From NCBI GenBank assembly GCA_964291285.2, contig OZ219786.1, positions 1,369,675 to 1,433,674 on the forward strand: DNA of 64,000 nt, in the 5' to 3' direction. The position numbers and the translations under genes were made by a program. Each line of letters begins with the position of its first letter. Position 1 is the first letter of the stretch. The notes under the pieces are model-generated. The model was given only the letters and a program-made list of their open reading frames with translations, ran no database searches and had not been told where the DNA came from. Positions 19,154-29,291 of this stretch are shown piece by piece. This DNA is from Alphaproteobacteria bacterium (GTDB lineage Bacteria > Pseudomonadota > Alphaproteobacteria > Bin95).

Positions 19154-20230
19154 CGTCTGCCTTCCGAGACGCTGGCAAAAGCACACAAGGAGTCAGTCGT
19201 GGCCGGGGCTGTCGAAGCTTCAGATCGCATACCTGCCGCCGATCCAGGACAGCCACTCGCGCCAAGGGCCGCCTCGTCATGTGCCCATATCGGTCGATGA
19301 GACATTGATCTCGTACCACTCGACCTGGTGGCAAGTGATGAATTCGCGCCGGAAAAGCACGCTTTGGTTCGATCGTCGCGGACCGAATTCGGCAACATTC
19401 AGGCAAACTCGCGGCGGAGGGCAGAACTTGAAGGGACAGAGAATCGCGGCCAGGTGAACGTCCGAACCGGATTCCCGTAGAGTTCGAGGGCATGACCGTG
19501 TCCCATGCGGCGGCGTCAACGATGTCGGCCAGAATAGAGCGAACACTCGCGCACGAGCAGCAGGATGGCAGGCAGTCGGTCATTCGCCAGGACGGGATAC
19601 TCTCGTTCTGCGATCCTGTTGTGATCCTCGGCGATCCCGGCCTGGGGAAGACCGTGCTCACCAAGTGGCTCGGCGAGCAGCCCGGCATGAAGTTCTTTCC
19701 GGCGGGCACGTTCGTGCGCGCAGCCCTTCCAGCGAATTCGGCTTCCGGAAGCGAGCGCATCGTCGTCGACGGCCTCGACGAAATCGCCTCCGCTGCGCCG
19801 GGCGTTGCGGTCGACGAGGTGCTGAAGCAACTGTCGCTGATCGGCAAGCCGCCCTTCATCCTTTCCTGCCGCGCCGCCGACTGGCGGGGCGCCGCCGACC
19901 GGGTGAAGATCGAGGACGACTATGGTGCAGCACCCGTACTGCTTCATTTGCAGCCGTTCACGGAAGATGACGCCCGCGCTTTCCTCTCCGAGGAGTTTCC
20001 GGGGATCGATTCTACCGGGGTGCTGGAGCACCTGGCGCGCTGCGGGATCGAATCCCTGTACGAGAATCCTCTCACGCTGCGAATGCTTGGCGAGGTGGCG
20101 CAGGACGATGGTCCTCTTCCCGAGACCCGTGCTCAACTGTTCGACCGCGCCTGCCGCGTCATGCTCGAGGAGAAAAATCGGCGTCACCATCAGGGTTCCC
20201 ACGTTCGCAGAAGCGAGGAAGAACTGCTGG

Positions 20231-21446
20231 CAGGGGAATCGCTTTTGAAGATTAGCTTTTAGGAGTTTGCGTTTTCGATTCACACTCCCGTTTTCGTTTC
20301 TGTTGAGTTGGGGTGTGAGATGGAGGAGTTTTCGTCAGTATTCGAAGGAGTTACGGATCCGCGTCGCAGCAATGCGACGCGCCACTCTCTGCACGAGATG
20401 CTTATGATCGCGCTGCTCTCGACCTTGTGCGGCGGGGAGGGATGCGCGGACATGGAGCGTTTCGGTCGGGCGAAGGAAGGGTTTCTGCGCCGTTTCATGG
20501 AGTTGAAGCACGGCATCCCGAGCCACGATGCGTTTTCGGACCTGTTCAACGCCCTCGATCCCGACAGCCTGCAGAAAGTGCTGCTGCGGCTTCTGGAGGA
20601 CTGGGCGGCGGTTCTGGACGGCGATGTGATCGCGATTGACGGCAAGTCGCTGCGGCGTTCCTTCGCCGATGCCGCGGCGCGCTCGCCGGTGCATCTGGTG
20701 CAGGCCTTCGCCGCCGGGACCCGCCTGATGCTCGGCCAGGTGAAGGTCGATGACAAGTCCAACGAGATTGCGGCGATGCCGAAGCTGCTGGAGATGCTGG
20801 CGCTCAAGGGCCGGATCGTGACGGCGGACGCGATGCATACCCAGCGGGCGACGGCCGAGGCCGTTACCGCCAAGGGCGGGGACCATGTGCTGGCGCTCAA
20901 GGGCAATCAGGGCAGCCTGTATGAGGATGTGCGCCTGTATCTGGACGATCCCGCCCAGGCGGACAAACTCCAATCATGTCAGCATGTCGATGGCGATCAC
21001 GGGCGCATCGAGACGCGCCGCGCCTCGGTCTGCCACGAGATTGCATGGCTGCGCGAGCGCCATGACTGGCCGGGGCTGGCCGCCATCGGCAAGATCCAGG
21101 CCAGGCGCGAAACCGCAAGGAGCACCAAAACCGAAACCCGCTACTACATCATGAGCGCGCCGCTCGCGCCCGAGCGCTTCCAGCACGCCGCGCGCGCCCA
21201 TTGGACCATCGAAAACTGCCTGCACTGGGTGCTCGACGTGACCATGAACGAGGACCGACAGCGAAACCGCAAGGACCACGGACCCGAAAACCTCGCCCTG
21301 ATCCGACGCCTCGCCCTCAACATCGCACGCCGCGAACCCACAAAAGACGCCATGCGCGGAAAACTCAAGCGCGCCGCCTGGAACGACGACTTCCTCCTCA
21401 ACTTGATCCGGGCCGCAGCATGACAGGCCCAAAAGCGATTGCCCTG
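20231..21446 (+). mobile_element. ISAs1-family insertion sequence
   Basis: IRs CAGGGGAATCGCTTTTG / CAAAAGCGATTGCCCTG; 10-bp TSD GAACTGCTGG. Confidence 0.95.
20320..21423 (+). CDS. ISAs1 transposase
   Basis: GIPSHDAF, IAIDGK, KSNEI, VTADAMH, LKGNQ, HGRIETR, HWTIENCLHW. Confidence 0.95.
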   Translation: MEEFSSVFEGVTDPRRSNATRHSLHEMLMIALLSTLCGGEGCADMERFGRAKEGFLRRFMELKHGIPSHDAFSDLFNALDPDSLQKVLLRLLEDWAAVLDGDVIAIDGKSLRRSFADAAARSPVHLVQAFAAGTRLMLGQVKVDDKSNEIAAMPKLLEMLALKGRIVTADAMHTQRATAEAVTAKGGDHVLALKGNQGSLYEDVRLYLDDPAQADKLQSCQHVDGDHGRIETRRASVCHEIAWLRERHDWPGLAAIGKIQARRETARSTKTETRYYIMSAPLAPERFQHAARAHWTIENCLHWVLDVTMNEDRQRNRKDHGPENLALIRRLALNIARREPTKDAMRGKLKRAAWNDDFLLNLIRAAA

Positions 21447-22877
21447 GAACTGCTGGCAGGGGCCGGCGCCCTGTGCGCCGCACAACTGTTGTGCGGCCGC
21501 CTCGGAATATTCGACGGTCCGAACATGGAGACGCCGGATGGATACCTGAATGCGGTCGACGTTGAGGAGCTTCCGTGTGGCGGGGCGGCGAACGACGCGC
21601 TCAGGGTCCGTCTTTTCCATTCCGAAGGCGAAAGCCGTTTTACCCACGTCCATCGTGTGATCGCGGAGTATCTCGGCGCCAAATGGCTCGCCCGGTCCTT
21701 CGAAGCCGGCGTCTCCGAACAGAGAATATTCGCGTTGTTCCGCCAAGCCGAAAGGGTGCCGACCTCACTGCGCGGACTGCATGCATGGATGGCTCATTTC
21801 AGCGATGTGCTGGCCCGGCGCTGCATCGAAGCCGATCCTTATGCCGTCCTACGGTACGGCGACGCCGAGACCCTGAGCCTCGACCAGGCGCGATCCCTGC
21901 TTTCCGCCCTGAAGAATCTGTCCGAAAATGACCCGTTTTTCCGGGCCGAGGACTGGGGCCGCCATCCCGTATCCGGTCTGCTACGTATCGAACTCGAGGA
22001 CGACATTCGCGCCGTCATCGAGACGTCCCACAGCCACATACAGCTGGCGAGCCTGTTACTCGAAGCGATGGCTGGAAAGGATCTGGCGCATGCGCTTGCA
22101 CCGACGCTGGAAGCTATCGTTTACGACCGCAACCGATTTTACGATGCACGACATTCCGCCCTGCTGGCCTGGCGCGATGCCGATCCGCATCCTGGCCCCG
22201 AAGCAATCATTCGTCGCCTTCTGGAACTCAAGGATCCCGGTTCTGCGCGGCTGGCCTTCGATCTTCTGCTTCTCATCGGCGTTCCAAATCTCTCCGTCGC
22301 CGCCGCCGCCGATACTGTGCTGGCGCATCTGGGCTTCGCGGCAACGCCGGAAGAAGCATGGGAGTGCGTCGAGTCCCGATATGTTCCCGACTGCCTGTTC
22401 AGAGACATCGACGCGGTGACGCTTGGACCATTGCTCGATCGCCTGGCCGACGGCGCACGAACATTGACACACGGTAACGACCGGGACCCGAAATCCGACC
22501 TTGCAGACCTTGTCAGGCGTCTGGTTGTCCAGTTCCTGTCATCCGGCGTTGCGGTCGAACCGGCCCGATTATGGTCTTGGATCGGTTGGCTCGATGGGCG
22601 CCACGGCTACAGCGACACGAAAAAGGGGCAGCTGGCTGCGATCCTTCGCGACAACCGTACGCTACGCGCTGCATTGGTCGAACACGTGCTGCTTTCTCCC
22701 GGCGTCGATGGTGTCTTGATGGCTGGCCTTCGTCTCGCCCGAATCAAAGCCGGTCTGTATCCGACAGTCGACGATCTGGCGGGCATATTGCGGGGTTTGC
22801 CTGATCGAGCGGCTGCCGGCCCGATCGACCCGAAAATCTATCACGACCTGCTCTTGCTGGGGAGTACCGAGGAAGGC

Positions 22878-24816
22878 GAGAAATTTGCGCTGTGGGGTTT
22901 TTCCGGTCGGATGGGACGTTGGGTCCGGGTGTTGATGTTGTTTGTTCCGGCGTTCGAGGCGGTCGCCGCGGTTGCTTTTCGAACTTGAGCGGCCCAGCCC
23001 GGCAGCATCGCCGGCCTTCGGTCGCGTTTGTCCGTATGCCGGGGTCCGGCGGGTTGGGTCAGCGTTGTCGGCAGTCGGCTGAGGGGTCAGCCGGTATCGA
23101 GGTATGGCGCCGGGCCGACCAGGGAGCGCATGCGTGCGACGCGTCCGGCGCGGGCCTGTGCAAGCGCCATGGCCATCATGACCGCCAGGGCCAGCCCGAT
23201 GCGGGTCTTCATCTTCGCGCGTCCGCGGATGTAATGGGTCTCGAAGTTGAAGCTGCGGTCGAGGCGGGCGTTGATCCGCTCCATGGCGGTGCGCCGGTTG
23301 TATCCGCGCCGCCATGACGGGCTGCCCCAGGGCGTGGGCGTGAAGATACGCCGGTCATGGCTGTCGAGGTCGACGCGCAGGATGCGGCCGTATTCGCCGG
23401 ACTTCACCCCACCCGCCCGATGGCAGGCCCGGCGTCCCTTGCACTCGAAGCCGAAGGCGGCTGCGGGGCAGCGGTATTTGAGCGTGCCGCAGACGCCGCG
23501 CCCGACCTCGAACCCCTGGAAGGCCATGGCGCGGACCTCGCCGGTCTGCGGGCACACGCAGGACACCCGGCCGCGTTCGTCATGAACGATGACGTCGGCG
23601 CGCCCGGGGAACAGCGGTCGCGTGATCGGCCGGGCCGGGTCATGGCCCGGCTCCTTCTTCTCGACCCGCCACATCAGGCGCGTGTCGATCAGCGGGCGGA
23701 TATGCCACCTGTCCCACAGCCGCGCCTTCAGGCGGGCGTTGTCGAGACCGCGGTCGGCGCTGAAATCGGCGCAGCGCCCGGCCATCTCCGGCGCCTCGGC
23801 GAACAACTCCTCCAGCATCCCGGACAGCACCCCGGGTTCCGATGCCGACGCCCGCGTCACCTCGAAGGCCACAGGAACCTCGTGGTCCGTGTCGGCGATC
23901 AGGTGCAGCCCGTAGCCGAACCACGACTTCACCTTCTTCCACACCGCGCCGGTCTTCGCGTTCACCCCGCCCGTCTCGTGCCTGCCCCAGTCCGCATCGG
24001 GGTCCGAGGTCTGCCCCCTGGCCCCGGCAACCCGGCCCGTCGAGTGGCTCGCCACCGCCTTGCCGTCGTAGCCGAGATGGCGACCGAAGTCCGGCAACTC
24101 CTCGAACAGCGAGGCGCGCAGACGCCCGATCATCCCCGACACAAGGCCGCGCTCGTCCTCAAGGCGCACCACGCGCCCCAGGAACCGCGAGAAGTTCCAG
24201 GCGCCCGGCACCGTCGAGCGCAACGGCGCCGGACGCCTCACCGCGCGCCCTGCGCAAAGCGCCACCACCGGCGCACCCTGCAAGGGCAGCGCCTCGAACC
24301 CGCAAATCTCAAGCAATGCCGGGTTGCGGCCCAGCTCACGCAGCAGCGACTGCATCGAGGCATGCTGGAACACGATCCCCGCGATCAGAGCCCGCCACAT
24401 CGCCCGCACCGGGTAGTCGTTGCGACCCCGGCCTCGACCCGCCTCAAGCGCCGCCACAACCTTCTCGTCGGGAAGCGTGTCGAGCACCACACGCAGACGC
24501 TCAAGGTCCGCAAGGCCCTCCACAGACCACCACGAAAAGGCTAACTTCTCCGCTGTCGCCATCACGTTCTCCCAACCAGCGCCGGTGGATGGAACAAGGG
24601 CCGCAGGCCCGATGGCGACACCTTCTACTCAGTCCCGCGCCTCAACGCGACGCGCCCGAAAACCAGCCCGCGCACGGCCATGGGGTGGAAATCCACAAAA
24701 CCTTTCCCTCCAAACCGCAAAAACCCCGGAAATCAGCCATCCTGACGGGGTAAGAAAAATCCAGACCCTCCGCAATGCCTTGCTCAGAAAGCACTTCCAA
24801 ACAGCGCACACGCCTC
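22878..24816 (-). mobile_element. 1.94-kb IS (DUF772+DDE, IS1182/IS5-like), copy 1
   Basis: Imperfect IRs GAGAAATTTGCGCTGT / GAGGCGTGTGCGCTGT; flanked by AAGGC on both sides. Confidence 0.9.
23087..24565 (-). CDS. DDE transposase (492 aa)
   Basis: GRNDYPVRAM, YDGK, WFGYGLH, ADRGLD, RTAMERIN. Confidence 0.9.
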   Translation of the reverse strand: MMATAEKLAFSWWSVEGLADLERLRVVLDTLPDEKVVAALEAGRGRGRNDYPVRAMWRALIAGIVFQHASMQSLLRELGRNPALLEICGFEALPLQGAPVVALCAGRAVRRPAPLRSTVPGAWNFSRFLGRVVRLEDERGLVSGMIGRLRASLFEELPDFGRHLGYDGKAVASHSTGRVAGARGQTSDPDADWGRHETGGVNAKTGAVWKKVKSWFGYGLHLIADTDHEVPVAFEVTRASASEPGVLSGMLEELFAEAPEMAGRCADFSADRGLDNARLKARLWDRWHIRPLIDTRLMWRVEKKEPGHDPARPITRPLFPGRADVIVHDERGRVSCVCPQTGEVRAMAFQGFEVGRGVCGTLKYRCPAAAFGFECKGRRACHRAGGVKSGEYGRILRVDLDSHDRRIFTPTPWGSPSWRRGYNRRTAMERINARLDRSFNFETHYIRGRAKMKTRIGLALAVMMAMALAQARAGRVARMRSLVGPAPYLDTG

Positions 24817-26013
24817 AAGGCGAGAAATTTGCGCTGTGGGGTTTTTCCGGTCGGATGGGACGTTGGGTCCGGGTGGTGATGTTGTTTGTTCCGGCGTTCG
24901 AGGCGGTCGCCGCGGTTGATTTTCGAACTTGAGCGGCCCAGCCCGGCAGCATCGCCGGCCTTCGGTCGCGGGTGTCCGTATGCCGGGGTCCGGCGGGTTG
25001 GGTCAGCGTTGTCGGCAGTCGGCTGAGGGGTCAGCCGGTATCGAGGTATGGCGCCGGGCCGACCAGGGAGCGCATGCGTGCGACGCGTCCGGCGCGGGCC
25101 TGTGCAAGCGCCATGGCCATCATGACCGCCAGGGCCAGCCCGATGCGGGTCTTCATCTTCGCGCGTCCGCGGATGTAATGGGTCTCGAAGTTGAAGCTGC
25201 GGTCGAGGCGGGCGTTGATCCGCTCCATGGCGGTGCGCCGGTTGTATCCGCGCCGCCATGACGGGCTGCCCCAGGGCGTGGGCGTGAAGATACGCCGGTC
25301 ATGGCTGTCGAGGTCGACGCGCAGGATGCGGCCGTATTCGCCGGACTTCACCCCACCCGCCCGATGGCAGGCCCGGCGTCCCTTGCACTCGAAGCCGAAG
25401 GCGGCTGCGGGGCAGCGGTATTTGAGCGTGCCGCAGACGCCGCGCCCGACCTCGAACCCCTGGAAGGCCATGGCGCGGACCTCGCCGGTCTGCGGGCACA
25501 CGCAGGACACCCGGCCGCGTTCGTCATGAACGATGACGTCGGCGCGCCCGGGGAACAGCGGTCGCGTGATCGGCCGGGCCGGGTCATGGCCCGGCTCCTT
25601 CTTCTCCGCCCGCCACATCAGGCGCGTGTCGATCAGCGGGCGGATATGCCACCTGTCCCACAACCGCGCCTTCAGGCGGGCGTTGTCGAGACCGCGGTCG
25701 GCGCTGAAATCGGCGCAGCGCCCGGCCATCTCCGGCGCCTCGGCGAACAACTCCTCCAGCATCCCGGACAGCACCCCGGGTTCCGATGCCGACGCCCGCG
25801 TCACCTCGAAGGCCACAGGAACCTCGTGGTCCGTGTCGGCGATCAGGTGCAGCCCGTAGCCGAACCACGACTTCACCTTCTTCCACACCGCGCCCGCACC
25901 GGTGGGTGCTAACTACCTGACATAGCGTCGTTTTTTCTCCCGAAATGTAGCGGTCGGGGAAGCGGGTCGCAAGGGCCCGTTCCCCGGCTGCAACCGGAGC
26001 CGGGAGAAACGCA

Positions 26014-27138
26014 ATGGCGAAGACTACCCTCACCGAGGTCCGCGTGAAGGCGCTCAAGCCCCGCAGGTCCGTCCGCGAGGTCCGCGACGGCAGGCTCAGG
26101 GGGTTCGGCGTCCGTGTGTCGCCCTCGGGCCGCAAGCAGTTCTTCATCCACTGCCAGCATCGCGGCGTGCGCATCTGGAAGATCGTCGGCGACGCCGGGT
26201 CCATGAGCATCGGCGAGGCGCGGGCCGTGGCTGCGGACATGCTTGCCGCCATCAGGCGCGGCGGGGAGGCGCCGCCTGCGCCGGACGAGACGCTCTTCGA
26301 GGCCATCGCCGGGACGGTCTTCCGGCGGTATGAGCGCCTCTGGAAGGCCGGAACGCTCGCTGTCAACTGCAGCTATCTTCGCTGCCAGATCCTGCCGCAT
26401 TTCGCGGGACGGCAGGTCGCGGACATCGACCGGCAGGAGGTGCGCAACTGGTTCGCCCGTCTGCACGCGACGCCGGTGGCGGCGGACCGGTCCATGCCGG
26501 TGCTGTCCGTCATCATGAGGGAAGCGGAGGCCATGGGCCTGCGCCCGGAGGGTTCCAACCCCTGCCGGGGGATAAAGCGTTACCGCCGCAAGGGCCGCGA
26601 GCGGTTCCTCCCGGACGAGGAAATCCGCCGCCTGTCCGGGAGGCTCAAGGCGCATGAGGCCCGCTGGCCGCAGCATGTCGCCGTCATCCGCCTGCTGCTG
26701 CTGACCGGCTGCCGCAAGGGCGAGATCCTCACCCTGCAATGGTCCGACTACCGGGAAGGCCGCCTGTTTCTCCGCGACTCCAAGACGGGCCCCCGGACGG
26801 TCTGGCTCTCCGAACCGGCCCGGGCGGTGCTTGATCGTCTCGAGCGGAAGGGGCGGTGGATATTCCCCGCATCTCGGGGCGACCGGCCCCGGAGCGGAAG
26901 CTGGCTGGACCACTTCTGGCGCAGGGTCCGCGCCGAGGCGGACCTGGAGGACGCCCGCCTTCACGATTTGCGTCATACGCATGCGAGCCTTGCCCTCCGG
27001 CAGGGCGTGACGGTGCTCGCCATCGGCCGGCTGCTGGGCCACCGCAGGCCGGAAACCACGCTGAAATATACCCATGTCGCCGACGCCATGGTGCAGGACG
27101 CAGCCGAGACGGTCGGCGCCGTGCTGGAGGCAGACTGA
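26014..27138 (+). CDS. Tyrosine integrase A
   Basis: Arm domain RDGRLRGFGVRV; TGCRKGE, DSKTG, HDLRH, LLGH, TLKY. Confidence 0.93.
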   Translation: MAKTTLTEVRVKALKPRRSVREVRDGRLRGFGVRVSPSGRKQFFIHCQHRGVRIWKIVGDAGSMSIGEARAVAADMLAAIRRGGEAPPAPDETLFEAIAGTVFRRYERLWKAGTLAVNCSYLRCQILPHFAGRQVADIDRQEVRNWFARLHATPVAADRSMPVLSVIMREAEAMGLRPEGSNPCRGIKRYRRKGRERFLPDEEIRRLSGRLKAHEARWPQHVAVIRLLLLTGCRKGEILTLQWSDYREGRLFLRDSKTGPRTVWLSEPARAVLDRLERKGRWIFPASRGDRPRSGSWLDHFWRRVRAEADLEDARLHDLRHTHASLALRQGVTVLAIGRLLGHRRPETTLKYTHVADAMVQDAAETVGAVLEAD

Positions 27139-28283
27139 TGGCGGGCCGGGAACGGATGAAATTCACCGACGCCGCCGTCGCCCGTCTCCGCCCCCGCGAG
27201 CGGGAATATACGGTCTGGGACACGCGCATCGCCGGCCTCGGCGTCCGGGTGCGGCCCACCGGCGGGCGCAGCTGGGTGCTGCTGCTCGACAGCGGCGGGC
27301 GCACCAGGCGCGTCTCGCTCGGCCCGGTTGGCGTGAAGAGCGCCGCCGAAGCCCGCCGGGAGGCTCTCGAGCGCCAGGCGGCCCCGCAGCCGGAGGAGAC
27401 AGCCGCGCCGCCCGGCGCGGCCCCGCTGTTCCGGGATTTCGTCGCGGGTTCGTGGAAGCAGGCACACTTCGACCGCTACAAGCCGTCGGGCCAGCAAACC
27501 GCGTCCGGAATACTCCGGCGACAATTGCTTCCCGCATTCGGTCCGAAGCCGCTCGACCGCATTACGCCGGGCCATGTCCGGCAGTGGTTCGACCGCTACA
27601 GCCGGACCGCACCCGGCGGCGCCAACCGCGCTTTCACCCTCCTTCACCAGATCATGAACTTCGCCCTCGCCTGCGGTCATGTCGAGGTCAATCCGGCCAG
27701 GCACATGAGAAGGAACCGCCGCCCGGCACTCACACGGTTCCTGTCCCGGGAGGAACTTGCCCGCCTTCATGCCGCCCTGAACGCGCAGACCCGGCAGGGT
27801 GCGCGGCGGCAGGCCGACATTATCCGCCTCCTGCTGCTGACCGGCTGCCGCAGAAGCGAGATCACGGGCCTCGGCTGGTCGGAAGTCCGCGAGGACGGGC
27901 TGGCGCTCACCGATGCCAAGACCGGACCGAGAACGGTTCCACTCAACAGACAGGCCCGCGCTATCCTCTACCGGCAGACGCGCACGGGCAGCGCGTTCGT
28001 GTTTCCCTCGCCGCGCGACCCCGCCCGCCCGCGCAGCCCGGACCTGCCCCTCTGGTACCGCGTCAGACGCGAAGCCGGGATCGGGGATGTCCGCCTCCAC
28101 GACCTGCGCCATACCATGGCCAGCCATGCCGTCATGAACGGCGTGCCCGTCCCGGTGGTCTCCCGCCTGCTCGGACATTCCGATGTGCGCATGACGCTGC
28201 GCTACGCCCATATCGCCGACCGCGACATCGAGGCCGCCGCGGAACGCGTCGGGCAGGCCATGAACGCCGTGCTGGAGACCTGA
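27138..28283 (+). CDS. Tyrosine integrase B
   Basis: TGATG overlap with integrase A; WDTRIAGLGVRV; TGCRRSE, DAKTG, HDLRH, LLGH, TLRY. Confidence 0.93.
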   Translation: MAGRERMKFTDAAVARLRPREREYTVWDTRIAGLGVRVRPTGGRSWVLLLDSGGRTRRVSLGPVGVKSAAEARREALERQAAPQPEETAAPPGAAPLFRDFVAGSWKQAHFDRYKPSGQQTASGILRRQLLPAFGPKPLDRITPGHVRQWFDRYSRTAPGGANRAFTLLHQIMNFALACGHVEVNPARHMRRNRRPALTRFLSREELARLHAALNAQTRQGARRQADIIRLLLLTGCRRSEITGLGWSEVREDGLALTDAKTGPRTVPLNRQARAILYRQTRTGSAFVFPSPRDPARPRSPDLPLWYRVRREAGIGDVRLHDLRHTMASHAVMNGVPVPVVSRLLGHSDVRMTLRYAHIADRDIEAAAERVGQAMNAVLET

Positions 28284-28297
28284 CGCGCCACTACCGG

Positions 28298-28399
28298 GCG
28301 TTCTCCTGCCATCGCAGCGCGCCGTGCAACACGGGGCTGTCTCGGGAGCCGGACCCGGCCGGTGCACGCCCTCGAGGCCGAGGGAGAGCCCCGCGCCCA
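28298..28399. repeat. Degenerate ~100-bp copy of the autotransporter 3' end (29284-29386)
   Basis: Manual alignment shows about 9 substitutions and 1 indel. Confidence 0.85.
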
Positions 28400-28450
28400 G
28401 ATGGTGCGAATGGCGCGCAACGGCGCTCTCGATGTAGCAGTCCAGCAGAC

Positions 28451-29260
28451 TCAATTCCTGTTGAAGCCGAATTCCCCGCGCGATTGCAGAACCCGCTTCC
28501 AGTGCGTTTCGCGTTCGACAATCATGGCGTCGGCAATACGGGCGGTATGGCTTTCCAGAAGCAAAAACCGGAAATGCTTCCGGCAATGGTCCAGACCGCG
28601 ATTCCCGAGCAATTCCTTCAGGTCGGCATTGTTGCCATGTCCGGTCGCGCTGTATTCGCGCCAACGAGACCAGACGCCGCCGTCGCCGTAGGCCGCCCCG
28701 ACATACAGCCGCCCCGTTCCCGTATCGGTGATCAGATAAACGCCCTTTGCGTTCTCCAGGGCGCCGCGCCAATCGGGCCGGTCGTTGCGGATGAGCGATC
28801 CGAGCTCGCCGAAACCGATGTCGATCCGGTCATGGCCCGGAAAATCGATCCCGGAATACTCCTCCTTGAGAATTTCGCTTACCGTGAATTCGTCCAGGCG
28901 TTTCTCGAAATCCACGCGGGTTGCCCGTTGGCGCCAGGGAGAATGCAGTTTGAGGCGTCCGATGAAGCTGCGGCCCTGTTCGGTCAGGGATACGGCGTAT
29001 CTGTCCGGCAGCCGCTCCACGACTTCCCACACACCGCCGAACAACCAGATGTCAGGCTCCCGATGGAAATCGATCACCGAGAAGATATACCGGCGGTTGA
29101 AATCGTTGTTTTTCGGTCGATGCTCCTGCCAGCCTTGCCATTCTTCCCGGCTGCGAACGAAAACGTCGAGCGGTTGATTGCGCTTGTTGTAGCGGGCGAA
29201 GTGCAGCTTGTAGAGAGCCGGCTCCCGTATCGGCCAAATGTCGGTGAGATGAATCACCAT
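28451..29260 (-). CDS. GIY-YIG nuclease family protein
   Basis: GVYLITD...LYVGAAYG.GG.WSRW.EY...ERETHWK...FNRN. Confidence 0.85.
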   Translation of the reverse strand: MVIHLTDIWPIREPALYKLHFARYNKRNQPLDVFVRSREEWQGWQEHRPKNNDFNRRYIFSVIDFHREPDIWLFGGVWEVVERLPDRYAVSLTEQGRSFIGRLKLHSPWRQRATRVDFEKRLDEFTVSEILKEEYSGIDFPGHDRIDIGFGELGSLIRNDRPDWRGALENAKGVYLITDTGTGRLYVGAAYGDGGVWSRWREYSATGHGNNADLKELLGNRGLDHCRKHFRFLLLESHTARIADAMIVERETHWKRVLQSRGEFGFNRN

Positions 29261-29291
29261 ACGCCCTCAGCCGAGCCGGGCCTGCGTTCTT